Shown: positions 19,316-30,026, counted from the first letter of the stretch. The stretch: 61,524 nt of DNA from Candidatus Parcubacteria bacterium (GCA_019347895.1 JAHWKM010000004.1:1-61524); one strand, 5' to 3'. Program-made: numbers and translations. The notes: generated by a model not told the origin, from the sequence alone.

Positions 19316-20530
19316 TTATAGTTTTTCTACAAATTCTTGGTATGACATGCCTATTTCCTTAAGGACTTTTTTTGTCCCCTTAGGATCTTTAATAAGGCCT
19401 CTACCTAGTGCTGTAGACATGCCTGTTCCCGGGTTATAAATAATTGGATGTTTACCTCCATTTCTCACAATACAACCTAATTGCTCAAATGCGGAAATAG
19501 CTTGGCTTACGGTAAGCCCAGAGGGTATGTCAGCTCTATCTCCGGACTGTTTAGAAGCAGCCTCTTGAGCTTCTCCTAAACCTTTTGGAGGTTTATCTAT
19601 GGTTTTACTTTGCTCGGAACGTCTTGGCTTCTTTCCGTTTTTATCTACCCTGCCACTAGATTGTCCCTTTGCTTCCTCTAAAAGCCCGGCAAGTTCATCA
19701 TTTAGATCCTCTAAAGCCTCTTCTTCCCAGGGCCGATATTGGCGAGACAGCCGTTTCTTGGCTTCCTGCGGCAGTTTATCAATATGTCTTGACGTTACCA
19801 TTTGTCCGAGCTGTTCGGGGTCGCGCAGTGCCGCCAGAGCATTTACTAAATCAATAAGCGCCTCCCGCAAATCTTCTTCGCTGCCATTATCTACTACAAC
19901 ATCGGGTGGTTGCCTTTCAATACCAAATTTTTTAATAGCCCAGCTGGCCATTCTTTTTATAGGACCGTCTTCTATAGGATCGCTTGAAGTTTCTGAAGGT
20001 GGGGGTAATGGTGAATTTAATTCAGTAACAATTTGAGCAGAGGCCTTTGCTTGCTCGCGGAGACCTTTTTTGATGTCTCCCAATGTGCTTCTCAGCTTAT
20101 TTTCGCTGACTAATTGAAGATCGTCCGGTTCATGTCCGCGGATTTTTTCTAAAAAGGTACTTTTGGATTTATTAACAATTTCCCCGTGTCTCTCTTGATA
20201 TTGTGCGCGTTTTTCAGCGTCCATTGCCGGATGTGAGCTTTGATTTGGAGCTTTAGGTACTTCGCCGGGGTATCGCTGTTCAATATCCGACGCCAGTTCA
20301 TCTCTAATTACCGGAAAAATTTTTTCAGTATTTTCAGCAAGTTTTTCCCTGGCATTATCAATGCATTGGGCGTTTGCTGCTTCTTCAATCGTGCTAAGTT
20401 CGGATGCCGCACTAAGGAGGTCTACTGCGGTGAGTTCCGAAAGCGGCGCAACTCCCTCTTCCCTTTGATGTTGAGGTGTTGGGGCGGCCTCAAACCTACT
20501 TTCAGCCGGAAAATCTAATGCTGGCATCAT
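19316..20530 (-). CDS. Orphan helical protein with C-terminal HicA-like domain
   Basis: C-terminus AISAFEQLGCIVRNGGKHPIIYNP...TKKVLKEIGMSYQEF resembles HicA. Confidence 0.6.
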   Translation of the reverse strand: MMPALDFPAESRFEAAPTPQHQREEGVAPLSELTAVDLLSAASELSTIEEAANAQCIDNAREKLAENTEKIFPVIRDELASDIEQRYPGEVPKAPNQSSHPAMDAEKRAQYQERHGEIVNKSKSTFLEKIRGHEPDDLQLVSENKLRSTLGDIKKGLREQAKASAQIVTELNSPLPPPSETSSDPIEDGPIKRMASWAIKKFGIERQPPDVVVDNGSEEDLREALIDLVNALAALRDPEQLGQMVTSRHIDKLPQEAKKRLSRQYRPWEEEALEDLNDELAGLLEEAKGQSSGRVDKNGKKPRRSEQSKTIDKPPKGLGEAQEAASKQSGDRADIPSGLTVSQAISAFEQLGCIVRNGGKHPIIYNPGTGMSTALGRGLIKDPKGTKKVLKEIGMSYQEFVEKL

Positions 20531-20594
20531 ATAGTTTAATTATAGCATAAAACATATTAAAATTCAAGCCTGATAAAATTATTGAAGCGATGAT

Positions 20595-23234
20595 TTAGTC
20601 ACTTTTTTGACTAGCAATGTATGCCGTGAGAGTTTTTAGTTCGGACCTCTTATCTCTTAACTGAGCCTCGGATTCATTAACGAGATTCGAAGGCGCCTTT
20701 TTGGCGTAGCCGGGGTTGCCCAAGCGAACTTCCAGATTTTTTATTGATTCTTTTAGTTCTTTAGAGCGTTCTTGTAGAGACTTCAAGTATTTTTTAGCTT
20801 CCTCATCGTCCACCTCAAACCAAACTGGCTCGGTAGTTTGGGTTAGCTTTAGTCCCCTTCCATCCTCAGTTTTAACTAATGATTCCAACTTGGCCAGTGA
20901 TTTTATTAGAGGTTCGTTGTCGGCCACAATTTGCGAGTTTTTGAACAGCGCGTTTCCGTGCTGTTTGACCAGAGCGGTTTTGATCTGGCGTATTTCACGG
21001 ACTATTTTTTGCACTTGTTCAAATTGTTTGGCTTTTTTAGCGTCAAATTTAACTGGCTTAGGCCACTGGGCGGTGATTAACAATGTGTCATCCTCGGCAT
21101 GAAGGGTTTGCCAAATAGTCTCTGTTATAAACGGCGCGAATGGGTGAGCTAGCTTCAAAATAGTTTCGAGAACATGGTCTAAGACAGTCGAATTTAACTC
21201 GGTTTTGCTGGCTTCGATGTACCAGTCGGCCACATCGTCCCAAATTAAGTGATACATACGATAATAAGCGCCGCTGAAATTAAAATTACTGATTGCCTCG
21301 TTGATTGATTCGCCAGCCTCGTTTAATTTGGCTATTACCCAATGGTCGGCTGCTGTTTTTGGCTCCGGTTGCGAGCCAACAGCTAGTTCAGAGGTGCTGG
21401 CCTCGATGTAGCGGGCGATGTTCCAAAGCTTGTTGCAGAAGTTCCGGTTGGCTTCGGCCTTAGCGGTTCCCCAATTTTGATCGTTGCCCGGCGACACGCC
21501 CATGATAAGTGCTAGCCGCAGGGAGTCAGCGCCGTATTTTGGTATGACACTCAGCGGATCGACAATGGATTCCGGTCGGCTTTTGCTCATTTTCTTGCCG
21601 TCTTCGGCCCGGATCATACCGTGCAAATAAACCTTTTTAAACGGTACTTCCCCGGTGACGTAAGTCGTAGCCAAAATCATTCGAGCCACCCAAAAAAATA
21701 AAATATCCCAGCCGGTTTCCATAACATCTGTCGGGTGGTATTTTTGAAAGTCCCGGCTGTCCTTTAGAATTGCTTCAAGCGAAAGCGAGCCGTCAACAGC
21801 AAGCTTCGGGTCAACCAGAGTACTCCATGTCCAAAGCGCCGATGAAAACCAAGTATCCAGGGTATCGGGATCCTGCTGCCATTCATGAAAACCTTCGCTT
21901 TGATCAGTTGGGGGCGCTATTCCCACGTAAGTTTCTTCCCTATTGTCAGTGTCGATTCTGTACCAAACCGGGATTCTGTGGCCCCACCATATTTGGCGGG
22001 AAATGCACCAGTCGCGCAGGCTGTCGATCCAGTGGAAATAAGTTTTTTCAAACCGTTTTGGCACAATCTCAATGTCGCCTTCCCTTATCACAGATTGCAT
22101 AACTTCTTTCAGGCTGTGTTTTTTGCCTTTCCAGTCCACTATTTTTTTATTGACGTCAACGAACCACTGCAGTTTGATTTGCGGCTCGATAACACCTTTG
22201 CCTCGGTCATTTAGGGCGATGTTATGCACATATTCTTCATCGATACTGACCAGCAAACCCTTCTTGTTTAATTTTTCAACAATTTTTGGCCGGGCTTCGG
22301 CGATGTTTATGCCCTCAAACTCGCCGGCAATCGGCAAAAGCTTGCCGTGGAAATCAATAATTTGCTCTTTATCCAGTCCATGTCGCTGGGCAATTTCAAA
22401 ATCTACATGGCTATGAGCCGGCGTGATTGTCATAACACCGGTACCGAACTTTGGATCTACCGCCTCGTCCTTGATAACAGTGGCTGTAATAGGCCCGTTA
22501 ATCCACTCCACATCAATAGTGTCGCCGTGTTTGTATTGAGCGTAGCGTTCATCATCAGGATGCATAATCACATATTTGTCGCCGAATTTGGTTTCCGGCC
22601 GGGCGGTGCCGATCTCAAACGGGCCGTATTTTAATGTATAGAATTTGGATTTTTCTTCTTGGTAGACTAGTTCATCGTCTGAGACGGTTGTTTGCAGGTT
22701 CGGATCCCAGTTGACGATGCGGTAACCTCTGTAAATTAATCCATCCTCATACATTTTAATGAACGTTTCATTAACGCAGCGGTTCAAAGAGTCATCCAAG
22801 GTGTATCGTGTCCGTGACCAGTCGGCACTGGCGCCAATCGCCCGCATTTGTTCCAGCATGGTATTGCGGCTATTGCCGACAAATTCCTTGGTTCTTTTTA
22901 AAAATTCGTCTCGCCCAATCTGGTGCTTGTCGGTTCCTTCGTCAGACAGCTGTTTTTCAATAAGTGCGTTTACCGCTAGGGCCGCGTGGTCCGTGCCGGG
23001 CAGCCAAAGTGCGTCCTTACCTTTTAGCCTGGCGTGGCGGATCATTATGTCTTGCAGGGTTAAAAATAGCGCGTGGCCGATACTGAGCGTACCGGTCTCA
23101 TTCGGCGGCGGCATACTGATGACAAACGGCTCTTTGCCGCTTTTAGGATTAGCATAAAATGCCCCGCTGCGCTCCCACAGCTTATAAATATCTTTCTCGT
23201 ACTGCTCAGCCTCGTAAGTTTTAGGAAGTCTCAT
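20595..23234 (-). CDS. valS: Valyl-tRNA synthetase
   Basis: PPPNETG..SIGH, DWCISRQIWWGH, KMSKS, C-terminal coiled coil; ATG at 23234 after TATACT. Confidence 0.97.
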   Translation of the reverse strand: MRLPKTYEAEQYEKDIYKLWERSGAFYANPKSGKEPFVISMPPPNETGTLSIGHALFLTLQDIMIRHARLKGKDALWLPGTDHAALAVNALIEKQLSDEGTDKHQIGRDEFLKRTKEFVGNSRNTMLEQMRAIGASADWSRTRYTLDDSLNRCVNETFIKMYEDGLIYRGYRIVNWDPNLQTTVSDDELVYQEEKSKFYTLKYGPFEIGTARPETKFGDKYVIMHPDDERYAQYKHGDTIDVEWINGPITATVIKDEAVDPKFGTGVMTITPAHSHVDFEIAQRHGLDKEQIIDFHGKLLPIAGEFEGINIAEARPKIVEKLNKKGLLVSIDEEYVHNIALNDRGKGVIEPQIKLQWFVDVNKKIVDWKGKKHSLKEVMQSVIREGDIEIVPKRFEKTYFHWIDSLRDWCISRQIWWGHRIPVWYRIDTDNREETYVGIAPPTDQSEGFHEWQQDPDTLDTWFSSALWTWSTLVDPKLAVDGSLSLEAILKDSRDFQKYHPTDVMETGWDILFFWVARMILATTYVTGEVPFKKVYLHGMIRAEDGKKMSKSRPESIVDPLSVIPKYGADSLRLALIMGVSPGNDQNWGTAKAEANRNFCNKLWNIARYIEASTSELAVGSQPEPKTAADHWVIAKLNEAGESINEAISNFNFSGAYYRMYHLIWDDVADWYIEASKTELNSTVLDHVLETILKLAHPFAPFITETIWQTLHAEDDTLLITAQWPKPVKFDAKKAKQFEQVQKIVREIRQIKTALVKQHGNALFKNSQIVADNEPLIKSLAKLESLVKTEDGRGLKLTQTTEPVWFEVDDEEAKKYLKSLQERSKELKESIKNLEVRLGNPGYAKKAPSNLVNESEAQLRDKRSELKTLTAYIASQKSD

Positions 23235-23280
23235 GAATGATAAGTATACCACCTCTGTTCTTTGTGCCAAAGAAGGAAGG

Positions 23281-23862
23281 CATATTCTTCTGATCAAGGA
23301 ACCAATTTCGGCGGTACTTCGTACCTACCCCGAGTTCCTTTTTTGTCTGAAAAAAGGAACCGAAAAAGCAGACAGGCGGCTTCCAGTTCTTGAGGAGTTC
23401 ATTGTCAAGAAGCACAATGCTCGGAAAACTCAGCTTGCCCTTTATTAATTTTTAGCCTCGGCAAGCTTCAGACACTTCCTCGCGAGAAAATGTGCTTTTG
23501 ACATTCACTCATCAGGAACTTCCAGAGCCTGGATAAAAGCAGATGAGAAAAACTTGTTTTTCTCAGGTAATAGATAATGGAAATTCGACTTTTGGGTTTG
23601 GGCATAGAGAGACGTCCTGATTGGCGAATGTCAAAAGCACAATTATTCGCTGCAGAAGCGAAGCGAGGCAGTGTTTAAGCCCCGCCATCCTATGGATTTA
23701 TTAAGGCGGGGTGAGTTTACCGAGCATTGTGCTCTTTGACAATGAGACAGTCAAGATGACTCGACGCCCAATCGGTTTGGAATACCTTTGCCGAAACAAA
23801 GGTATTGATTTGCTTCTTTATCTAAAGAAGTATGGGCTTGGTTCTTCAGCAGAGAACATATG
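23281..23862. repeat. Family C large nested-palindrome element (long form)
   Basis: Nested inverted repeats; GTTCCTTTTTTGTCTGAAAAAA..AACCGAAAAAGCAGACAG shared with ~59800. Confidence 0.8.
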
Positions 23863-24020
23863 AGGTTTCACGTGAAATTAGGGTAATTTAACTCACAGCT
23901 CTTTTTAAAAAGCTTGAAGTTAAATCACTCTAACCAGTTAGTTTTGACGCGATCTTACCAGTGGAGCAAGACAGTCCTTATAAACTTTTTGTTTTCACTT
24001 ATTAGTTTAAATGCTTGCGC

Positions 24021-25130
24021 TTACATCTGCAAGCCGGGACTTATTTCTAAGGCCTTAGGATCGACTGGCTTTTTGCCAGATTTGGCTTGGTAATAGGCAT
24101 GGGCGGCTATCATGGCGGCATTGTCGGTACAAAGTTTGATGTCGGTATATTCTATTTTGGTCGGTAAACGCTCGCTCAGCTGTCTTCTTAGCTCTTTGCT
24201 GGCAGCTACCCCACCGGCTATTACGACGCTTTTTGGCGCGAATTCATCATACGCTTGGATGGTTTTATCCACTAAGGCTTCTATGGCGACATAGGAAAAA
24301 CTAGCTGCAATATCGGCTTTCTGAGCTTCGGAGAGCCTACTAGCCAGCCTATAAGAGGGAAATGAATAATCTTCTTCGCCTATCGCTGACTGCCCGGCAC
24401 GTAAAACGGCAGTTTTTAAGCCTGAATAGCTGAAGTCATACTTGCCCGGCATTTTAGCCTTAGGCAGTTTTACTTTAGTTGGATCGCCGTTTTGGCCGGC
24501 AATCTCCACACTGGGACCGCCAGGATAGGGCAGGCCGAGTATCTTGGCCACCTTGTCAAAAGCTTCGCCGACAGCATCATCCTGCGTTCGGCCTAAAACC
24601 TGGTATTTGAAATGGTCCTCAAACAAAACCAACTGGGTGTGCCCGCCGCTGACAATGAGCGCCAATATTGGAAATCTTGGCGCAGTAGTTGGCAGTTGGT
24701 AGATCGTAGATAGTGAAGATGATGATGAAGTGATGAAATTGGCGTAGACATGGGCTTCAACATGGTTTACAGCGTACAGCGGCTTATTTTTAAGAATTGC
24801 CAGCGTCCGGGCTGTCAATACCCCTATCAATAGACTTCCGCCCAGTCCCGGCCCACGGGTCACAGCAATAGCATCAATACTAGACCATAAATTCCTATTT
24901 GCGAGGCCCGGCCTTGCAAATGCTTGGGAGAGGGCTTGGTCGATAACGGGGATAATACTTTCAAGGTGGCTGCGAGCAGCGATTTCCGGCACAATACCGC
25001 CGTAGACCTTTTGCAAATCTAGGGAGCTAGCTACTGAATTGCTAAGCAGCCTAAGCCTTCGCTGTCCAGCGAACTCCACCACCGCTGCGGCTGTCTCATC
25101 CGCACTGCTCTCAATCCCCAATATTTTCAT
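24021..25130 (-). CDS. tsaD: tRNA t6A threonylcarbamoyltransferase TsaD
   Basis: ILGIESSADET, GGIVPEIAAR.H, GPGL, H..AH, SGGHT, TDNAAMI. Confidence 0.97.
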   Translation of the reverse strand: MKILGIESSADETAAAVVEFAGQRRLRLLSNSVASSLDLQKVYGGIVPEIAARSHLESIIPVIDQALSQAFARPGLANRNLWSSIDAIAVTRGPGLGGSLLIGVLTARTLAILKNKPLYAVNHVEAHVYANFITSSSSSLSTIYQLPTTAPRFPILALIVSGGHTQLVLFEDHFKYQVLGRTQDDAVGEAFDKVAKILGLPYPGGPSVEIAGQNGDPTKVKLPKAKMPGKYDFSYSGLKTAVLRAGQSAIGEEDYSFPSYRLASRLSEAQKADIAASFSYVAIEALVDKTIQAYDEFAPKSVVIAGGVAASKELRRQLSERLPTKIEYTDIKLCTDNAAMIAAHAYYQAKSGKKPVDPKALEISPGLQM

Positions 25131-25153
25131 CTGTTTTACTGTATCATTGTTGT

Positions 25154-25247
25154 ATGAATCCCGTTAGAACCCATACGGTTAAATCCTGCAAAATTTCTCA
25201 GCAATTACCCAATAAATTAATTTTATATGAGTTCTAACGGGATGAAT
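25154..25247 (+). repeat. Family A start-codon hairpin element, copy 2
   Basis: ATGAAT-CCCGTTAGAAC...GTTCTAACGGG-ATGAAT; 27-aa ORF 25154-25237 ends 4 nt before the murE ATG. Confidence 0.85.
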
Positions 25248-26522
25248 CTGAAGAAAATAGTTCGCAAGGTTGTGCCGAAAACGGCTGTTAAAATACTCGA
25301 GGAATCTTACCGCAAAGGCAGGGGGCTGGCGCTGCAAGCCCGCTATGGATTTCCGGCGCGCGGGATGAGAGTGATAGCCGTAACGGGCACGAATGGCAAA
25401 AGTACAACCTGTGCATTCATCAACGAGGTATTAAAGGCCGCCGGTTATAAAACTGCCGTATTGACCACTGTATTTTACGAAGTTGACGGCCAAGTTACGC
25501 CCAACAAAACGCATTTTACTATCGACAGGCAGTCAATCGTCCAGTCCTTCTTTGCCAAGGCTAAAAACGCCGACGTGGATTTCGTAATATTCGAGGTCAC
25601 GTCGCATGCGCTGGACCAGCACCGAATCATGGGAGTTAAAGTGGAAATCGCCGCGATCACTAATTTAACCCAGGAGCATTTGGATTACCATGGAACCATG
25701 CAGGAATACGCCCGGGCTAAATCATTGCTGCTTCGAGAATACGGAGCCAAGCAGGCGATTTTAAATATAGACGACGAATGGTACGAATATTTTCGCGGCC
25801 GGTCCAAAGCCCAGGTTTTTACCATCGGCACAAAAACTCAAGCCGACCTCAGAATAAAGGCTGTTAAATTAGATCAAGACGGTTCAAGCGCCGAGCTAGC
25901 CGGTAAAGATTTTAAGGCGGCTGTCAGCACGAACATAATCGGCGAATTTAATTTGTACAATGCCGCCGTAGCAGCCGCGGTTGGCAATATTCTTAATCTT
26001 GACCCTGAAATTATCACTAAGGGAATCGCAAACTTAAAAAAGGTTGACGGCCGGATGCAGCGGGTTGAAGCCGGGCAGAATTTTGAGGTATTCGTTGATT
26101 TCGCTATCACCCCCGACGCTATCGAGCAGGCGCTTTTGTCGCTGCGCCAAATTACAAAAGGCAAACTCAGAATCGTCTTCGGCGCTACCGGTGACCGCGA
26201 CAAGCAAAAACGGCCGAAAATGGGTGAAGTCGCCGCCAAATGCGCTGATTATATCTACTTAACAGATGACGAAACCTATACCGAGGAGCCGGCCCTTATA
26301 CGCGAGGCGGTATACAAAGGAATTAAGGCCGCTAAAGGTACTAAAAAAACCATAGTAATTCCCGACAGGAGAGAGGCCATAGCCGCTGCCTTTAAAGATT
26401 CTCAAAAAGGCGACGCGGTACTTCTGACGGGAATAGGCCACGAAGATACCCGTAACATAGGCGGCCGGCAAATCCCCTGGAATGAAGCAAAAATAGCCGA
26501 GCAGCTGTTAAAAGGAAGATAA
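25242..26522 (+). CDS. murE: UDP-MurNAc-tripeptide ligase MurE
   Basis: VTGTNGKSTT, EVTSHAL, TNLTQEHLDYHG, GDRD.QKRP. Confidence 0.92.
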   Translation: MNLKKIVRKVVPKTAVKILEESYRKGRGLALQARYGFPARGMRVIAVTGTNGKSTTCAFINEVLKAAGYKTAVLTTVFYEVDGQVTPNKTHFTIDRQSIVQSFFAKAKNADVDFVIFEVTSHALDQHRIMGVKVEIAAITNLTQEHLDYHGTMQEYARAKSLLLREYGAKQAILNIDDEWYEYFRGRSKAQVFTIGTKTQADLRIKAVKLDQDGSSAELAGKDFKAAVSTNIIGEFNLYNAAVAAAVGNILNLDPEIITKGIANLKKVDGRMQRVEAGQNFEVFVDFAITPDAIEQALLSLRQITKGKLRIVFGATGDRDKQKRPKMGEVAAKCADYIYLTDDETYTEEPALIREAVYKGIKAAKGTKKTIVIPDRREAIAAAFKDSQKGDAVLLTGIGHEDTRNIGGRQIPWNEAKIAEQLLKGR

Positions 26523-26537
26523 ATATTGACAAGGATT

Positions 26538-26595
26538 TTGGCACTCTGATATTGTGAGTGCTAGAACGTTAGCACCCGTTGCGAGGGAGTGCTAA
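26538..26595 (+). promoter_or_regulatory. Tandem CIRCE (HrcA operators) over the groE promoter
   Basis: TTGGCACTC-N9-GAGTGCTAG (26538-26564) and TTAGCACCC-N9-GAGTGCTAA (26569-26595); TTGACA at 26526. Confidence 0.92.
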
Positions 26596-26620
26596 CGCTT
26601 ATTAAGCTAAAGGAGGAAAA

Positions 26621-26914
26621 ATGGCAGTACCTATAAAGCCGCTGGGCGATTATGTTGTTGCTAAAGCGGAGGCAGCCCAAACCAAAACCGCTAGCGGGCT
26701 GTATCTACCGGACAGCGCCGCCGAGAAACCAAAAATAGCCAAAATCGTAGCCGTCGGACCTGGCAAAGTAGGGGATGACAACGAGCGTATACCAATGCAG
26801 TTAAAAGTTGGCGATCGGGTGCTTTACAAGGGCTATAGCACTACAGATGTCAAAGTTGACGGCCAAGAATATATTTTGGTAAAAGAAGAAGACGTTTTAG
26901 CGACAGTTAAATAA
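26621..26914 (+). CDS. groES: Co-chaperonin GroES
   Basis: IKPLGD, TASGLYLP, AVGPG. Confidence 0.97.
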   Translation: MAVPIKPLGDYVVAKAEAAQTKTASGLYLPDSAAEKPKIAKIVAVGPGKVGDDNERIPMQLKVGDRVLYKGYSTTDVKVDGQEYILVKEEDVLATVK

Positions 26915-26997
26915 ATGGTTTATAGTTTTTAGTTTATGGTTGATAGCTTGAGTGGAACTACCAAAAACCACAAACAATAAACCAACAACTACAAACG
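26915..26997. repeat. Imperfect inverted heptamer-repeat tract
   Basis: TGGTTTA TAGTTTT TAGTTTA TGGTTGA ... AAACCAC AAACAAT AAACCAA CAACTAC. Confidence 0.7.
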
Positions 26998-27016
26998 ACT
27001 GAAAGGAGTTTGGATT

Positions 27017-28666
27017 ATGGCAAATAAGGTTTTTTACGACGACGACGCCCGCCGGCGAGTACTCGGCGGAGCGCAAATTTTATACGACGCGGTGAAGACC
27101 ACCATGGGCCCTAAGGGCCGCAACGCCGTGATTAGCAAAAGCTACGGCAACCCAACCGTAACACACGACGGCGTAACAGTGGCCAAAGGGGTGGAAATCG
27201 AAGATAAGAACGATGAAACGCTAGGTTACAAAACAGGCGCGGAACTTATCAAACAGGCCGCCAATAAGATGAACGACGTAGCCGGTGACGGTACTACGAC
27301 CGTAACGGTCCTGACTTACCATATCTTGAGCGAAGCTAACAAACTTATCGCCGCCGGCCACGATCCGATGCAGCTTCGAAAAGGATTGGAGTCCGCTGCG
27401 AAGAATGTGTTAACCCAACTTGGCAAGATGAGCGAAGATATTAAAAGCGATAAAAAACGCGTGGCCGAAGTTGCCACCATCTCCGCCGGGGACAGTGAAA
27501 TCGGTAATCTAATCGCCGATGTGATCGACAAAGTCGGCAAGGACGGCGTGGTGACAGTGGAGGAAGGCCAGAGCCTGCAGCTGGAAAGCGAAGTAGTCGA
27601 GGGCTTTACCTTTGACCGCGGCTTCGTCAGTCCCTACATGGTGACGGACGCAGCCCGCATGGAAGCGGTGGTGGACAAGCCGGCCGTGCTGATAACAGAC
27701 AAGAAGATTTCTTCTACCCAGGAATTTTTGCCCATTTTGGAAAAACTGGCTCAAACCGGCAAGAAAGACATTATCATCATCGCCGAAGACGTCGAAGGCG
27801 AGATACTCGGCACGCTAGTACTTAACAAACTAAAAGGCGTATTAAACGCCGTCTGCGTAAAAGCTCCGGCTTTTGGCGATCGGCGCAAGGACATACTGCA
27901 AGATATCGCGATTCTAACCGGCGGCGATGTCATTACCGAAGACCGAGGCATGACGTTTGAAAACGTGGAGCTCGACGTAATCGGCTCGGCCCGCAAAGTA
28001 ATCGTCGACAAAGACAATACCACGATTATAGAAGGCGGGGGCTCAGTCGCTGAAGTCACGGCCAGAATTGACCAAATCAATAACCAAGTGGCTGCAGCCA
28101 CCAGCGAATATGACAAGGAAAATCTGGAGAAAAGACGAGCTGCCTTATCCGGCAAAGTGGCAGTCATAAAAGTCGGCGGAGCCACCGAAACCGAGATAGA
28201 AGAGAAGAAATACCGCGTCGACGATGCCGTCAACGCTGTCAAAGCCGCCCTGGACGAAGGCATTGTGCCCGGCGGCGGGGTAACACTGGTTAACCTTTCC
28301 GCTACAATAGCGGCCACCGGCACAGATGCCGCCAGCGCAGGCGCGAGCTTGCTGAAACAAGCGCTGGAACAGCCGTTTAGAATCCTTCTTTCAAACTCGG
28401 GACTTAACCCTGACGAATGGTTGCCAAAAATAGCATCCGCCAAAACCGGTCAAGGTGTGGATGTGTCAAAGCCCGGCAAATTGGTCGACTTGAAAACAGC
28501 TGGTGTAGTTGACCCGACCCGCGTGACCAAAGAAGCTGTGCAAAATGCAGTTTCCATCGCTGGAACGGCCATAACCATGGGCACGCTAGTGGCTGAAGTG
28601 CCAGAGCCAAAGTCTTCGTCCGCTCCCGACATGAGCGGCATGGGCGGCGGCATGGGCATGATGTAG
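27017..28666 (+). CDS. groEL: Chaperonin GroEL
   Basis: GPKGRN, AGDGTTT, GGM tail. Confidence 0.98.
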   Translation: MANKVFYDDDARRRVLGGAQILYDAVKTTMGPKGRNAVISKSYGNPTVTHDGVTVAKGVEIEDKNDETLGYKTGAELIKQAANKMNDVAGDGTTTVTVLTYHILSEANKLIAAGHDPMQLRKGLESAAKNVLTQLGKMSEDIKSDKKRVAEVATISAGDSEIGNLIADVIDKVGKDGVVTVEEGQSLQLESEVVEGFTFDRGFVSPYMVTDAARMEAVVDKPAVLITDKKISSTQEFLPILEKLAQTGKKDIIIIAEDVEGEILGTLVLNKLKGVLNAVCVKAPAFGDRRKDILQDIAILTGGDVITEDRGMTFENVELDVIGSARKVIVDKDNTTIIEGGGSVAEVTARIDQINNQVAAATSEYDKENLEKRRAALSGKVAVIKVGGATETEIEEKKYRVDDAVNAVKAALDEGIVPGGGVTLVNLSATIAATGTDAASAGASLLKQALEQPFRILLSNSGLNPDEWLPKIASAKTGQGVDVSKPGKLVDLKTAGVVDPTRVTKEAVQNAVSIAGTAITMGTLVAEVPEPKSSSAPDMSGMGGGMGMM

Positions 28667-28687
28667 ATAGCAAGTCTGCCAAGCTAA

Positions 28688-28718
28688 AGACCCGGTTCGG
28701 ACCCGGGTCTTTTATTTT
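28688..28718 (+). terminator. Intrinsic terminator of groESL
   Basis: AGACCCGG-TTCGGA-CCCGGGTCT followed by T-rich run. Confidence 0.8.
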
Positions 28719-28806
28719 GCTAGAAGTTGCTAGTTCTTGTCTATAGGAAATAATAGTGCTATTATCTACAGTAGACCAGAGAAAATACAAAGCTGTAAGG
28801 AATAAA

Positions 28807-29946
28807 ATGATAGAAAGAACAATAGAAAATCATATTTGTAACAAATTAGGCAAAGGACGGGTTATTGTACTCTACGGTCCGCGCCGGGTGGGCAAGACTA
28901 CGCTGACCAGAAAGCTTTTAGAGCAAGTTTCAAAAAGCGAGCAGCTTTATCTGAACTGCGACGAGCTGGCTACCCAGGAAGCTCTGAAGCCGACCAGTCT
29001 GGCGTCATTGGAACGGGTAATCGGCCATGCCAAGCGCATAGTGATCGACGAAGCCCAAAGGGTTGTTAATATTGGGCTGACACTGAAAATTCTGGTCGAC
29101 GCTCGCCCCGAATTAGATATTATTGCCACCGGCTCATCTTCCTTTGAGCTGGCTGATAAGGTCAAAGAACCGTTGACCGGCCGCAGCTATGAATTCCACC
29201 TGTCGCCGCTCAGCGTGGATGAAATCAAAAATCATTTTGACTACAGCAACCTACAGATGGAAACATTGTATGAAAGGCTGCTGCGCTATGGCAGCTATCC
29301 CGGTATTGTGCTGGAAAATGACGAAACGGCCGAGGAAGAACTAAAGATTATTGCCGAGCGCTATGTCTACAAAGACACGCTTGAGTTGGTAGAACTGCGC
29401 CAACGCCAGCTTTTGCCTAGTTTGCTGCAGCAGCTGGCTTTGCAAATCGGGCAGGAAACCAGCTACCACGAGCTGGGAAATTTACTGGGGGTAAAGTTAG
29501 AGACGATTGAACGCTATATTACCTTACTTGAATCAGCCTTTATAATTCACCGCCTGCCGGCTTTAACCGGCATTAAGCAGGGCAGTTTAAGCAACCGCAA
29601 ACGCAAAGTATACTTTTATGACCTGGGAATCCGTAATGCGCTGATCCAGAGCCTTCAGCCGCTGTCCATGAGGGCTGACCGCGAAGCTTTGTGGGAAAAC
29701 TTCTGTGTTAACGAACGCTTAAAGCAACAGCAAGCTGCCGGAAATATTCCAGAAAGATATTATTGGCGGGGAATTAACGGCGGCAAAGTCGATTTGGTCG
29801 AGAAAAACAACAACAATTGGCAGGCTTACGGCTTTAGCTGGGAGGAGGATAAAAAGTCATCGGTCCCAAAATATTTCTCCCAGACCTACCCGGACGCCAA
29901 ATTAGAACAAATCCACCACCAAAACCTGCTTACCTGGCTTGAATAA
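28807..29946 (+). CDS. AAA_14 ATPase with DUF4143-type C-terminus
   Basis: GPRRVGKTT, IDEAQR, TGSSS, LTGR, K.YFYDLG, LWEN. Confidence 0.88.
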   Translation: MIERTIENHICNKLGKGRVIVLYGPRRVGKTTLTRKLLEQVSKSEQLYLNCDELATQEALKPTSLASLERVIGHAKRIVIDEAQRVVNIGLTLKILVDARPELDIIATGSSSFELADKVKEPLTGRSYEFHLSPLSVDEIKNHFDYSNLQMETLYERLLRYGSYPGIVLENDETAEEELKIIAERYVYKDTLELVELRQRQLLPSLLQQLALQIGQETSYHELGNLLGVKLETIERYITLLESAFIIHRLPALTGIKQGSLSNRKRKVYFYDLGIRNALIQSLQPLSMRADREALWENFCVNERLKQQQAAGNIPERYYWRGINGGKVDLVEKNNNNWQAYGFSWEEDKKSSVPKYFSQTYPDAKLEQIHHQNLLTWLE

Positions 29947-30026
29947 TTCTATACGCTCCAAAACCCTATATGGTCTGGCTCAATTAAATACAACCTCTGG
30001 TTTAAAAACCCCCTGTTGATATTTAC

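Noticed and set aside
23221..23448. Short ORFs and the 23297 start for valS
   Set aside because: They overlap the family C repeat; the ATG at 23234 with a -10 box fits better
23281..23862. T-box riboswitch upstream of valS
   Set aside because: No recognisable T-box motif or specifier loop; the sequence belongs to a dispersed repeat family
23864..23879. parS-like GGTTTCACGTGAAATT
   Set aside because: 13/16 match, single site, no par genes or origin cues in the window
27316..28790. Long antisense ORFs over groEL (and similar over valS, rpoD, polA)
   Set aside because: Typical codon-bias shadows of conserved genes
28807..29946. AAA-DUF4143 protein as an active defence nuclease
   Set aside because: Common standalone family; the C-terminal D..ExK motif is degenerate (VDL...AYGFSW) and no partner gene is present
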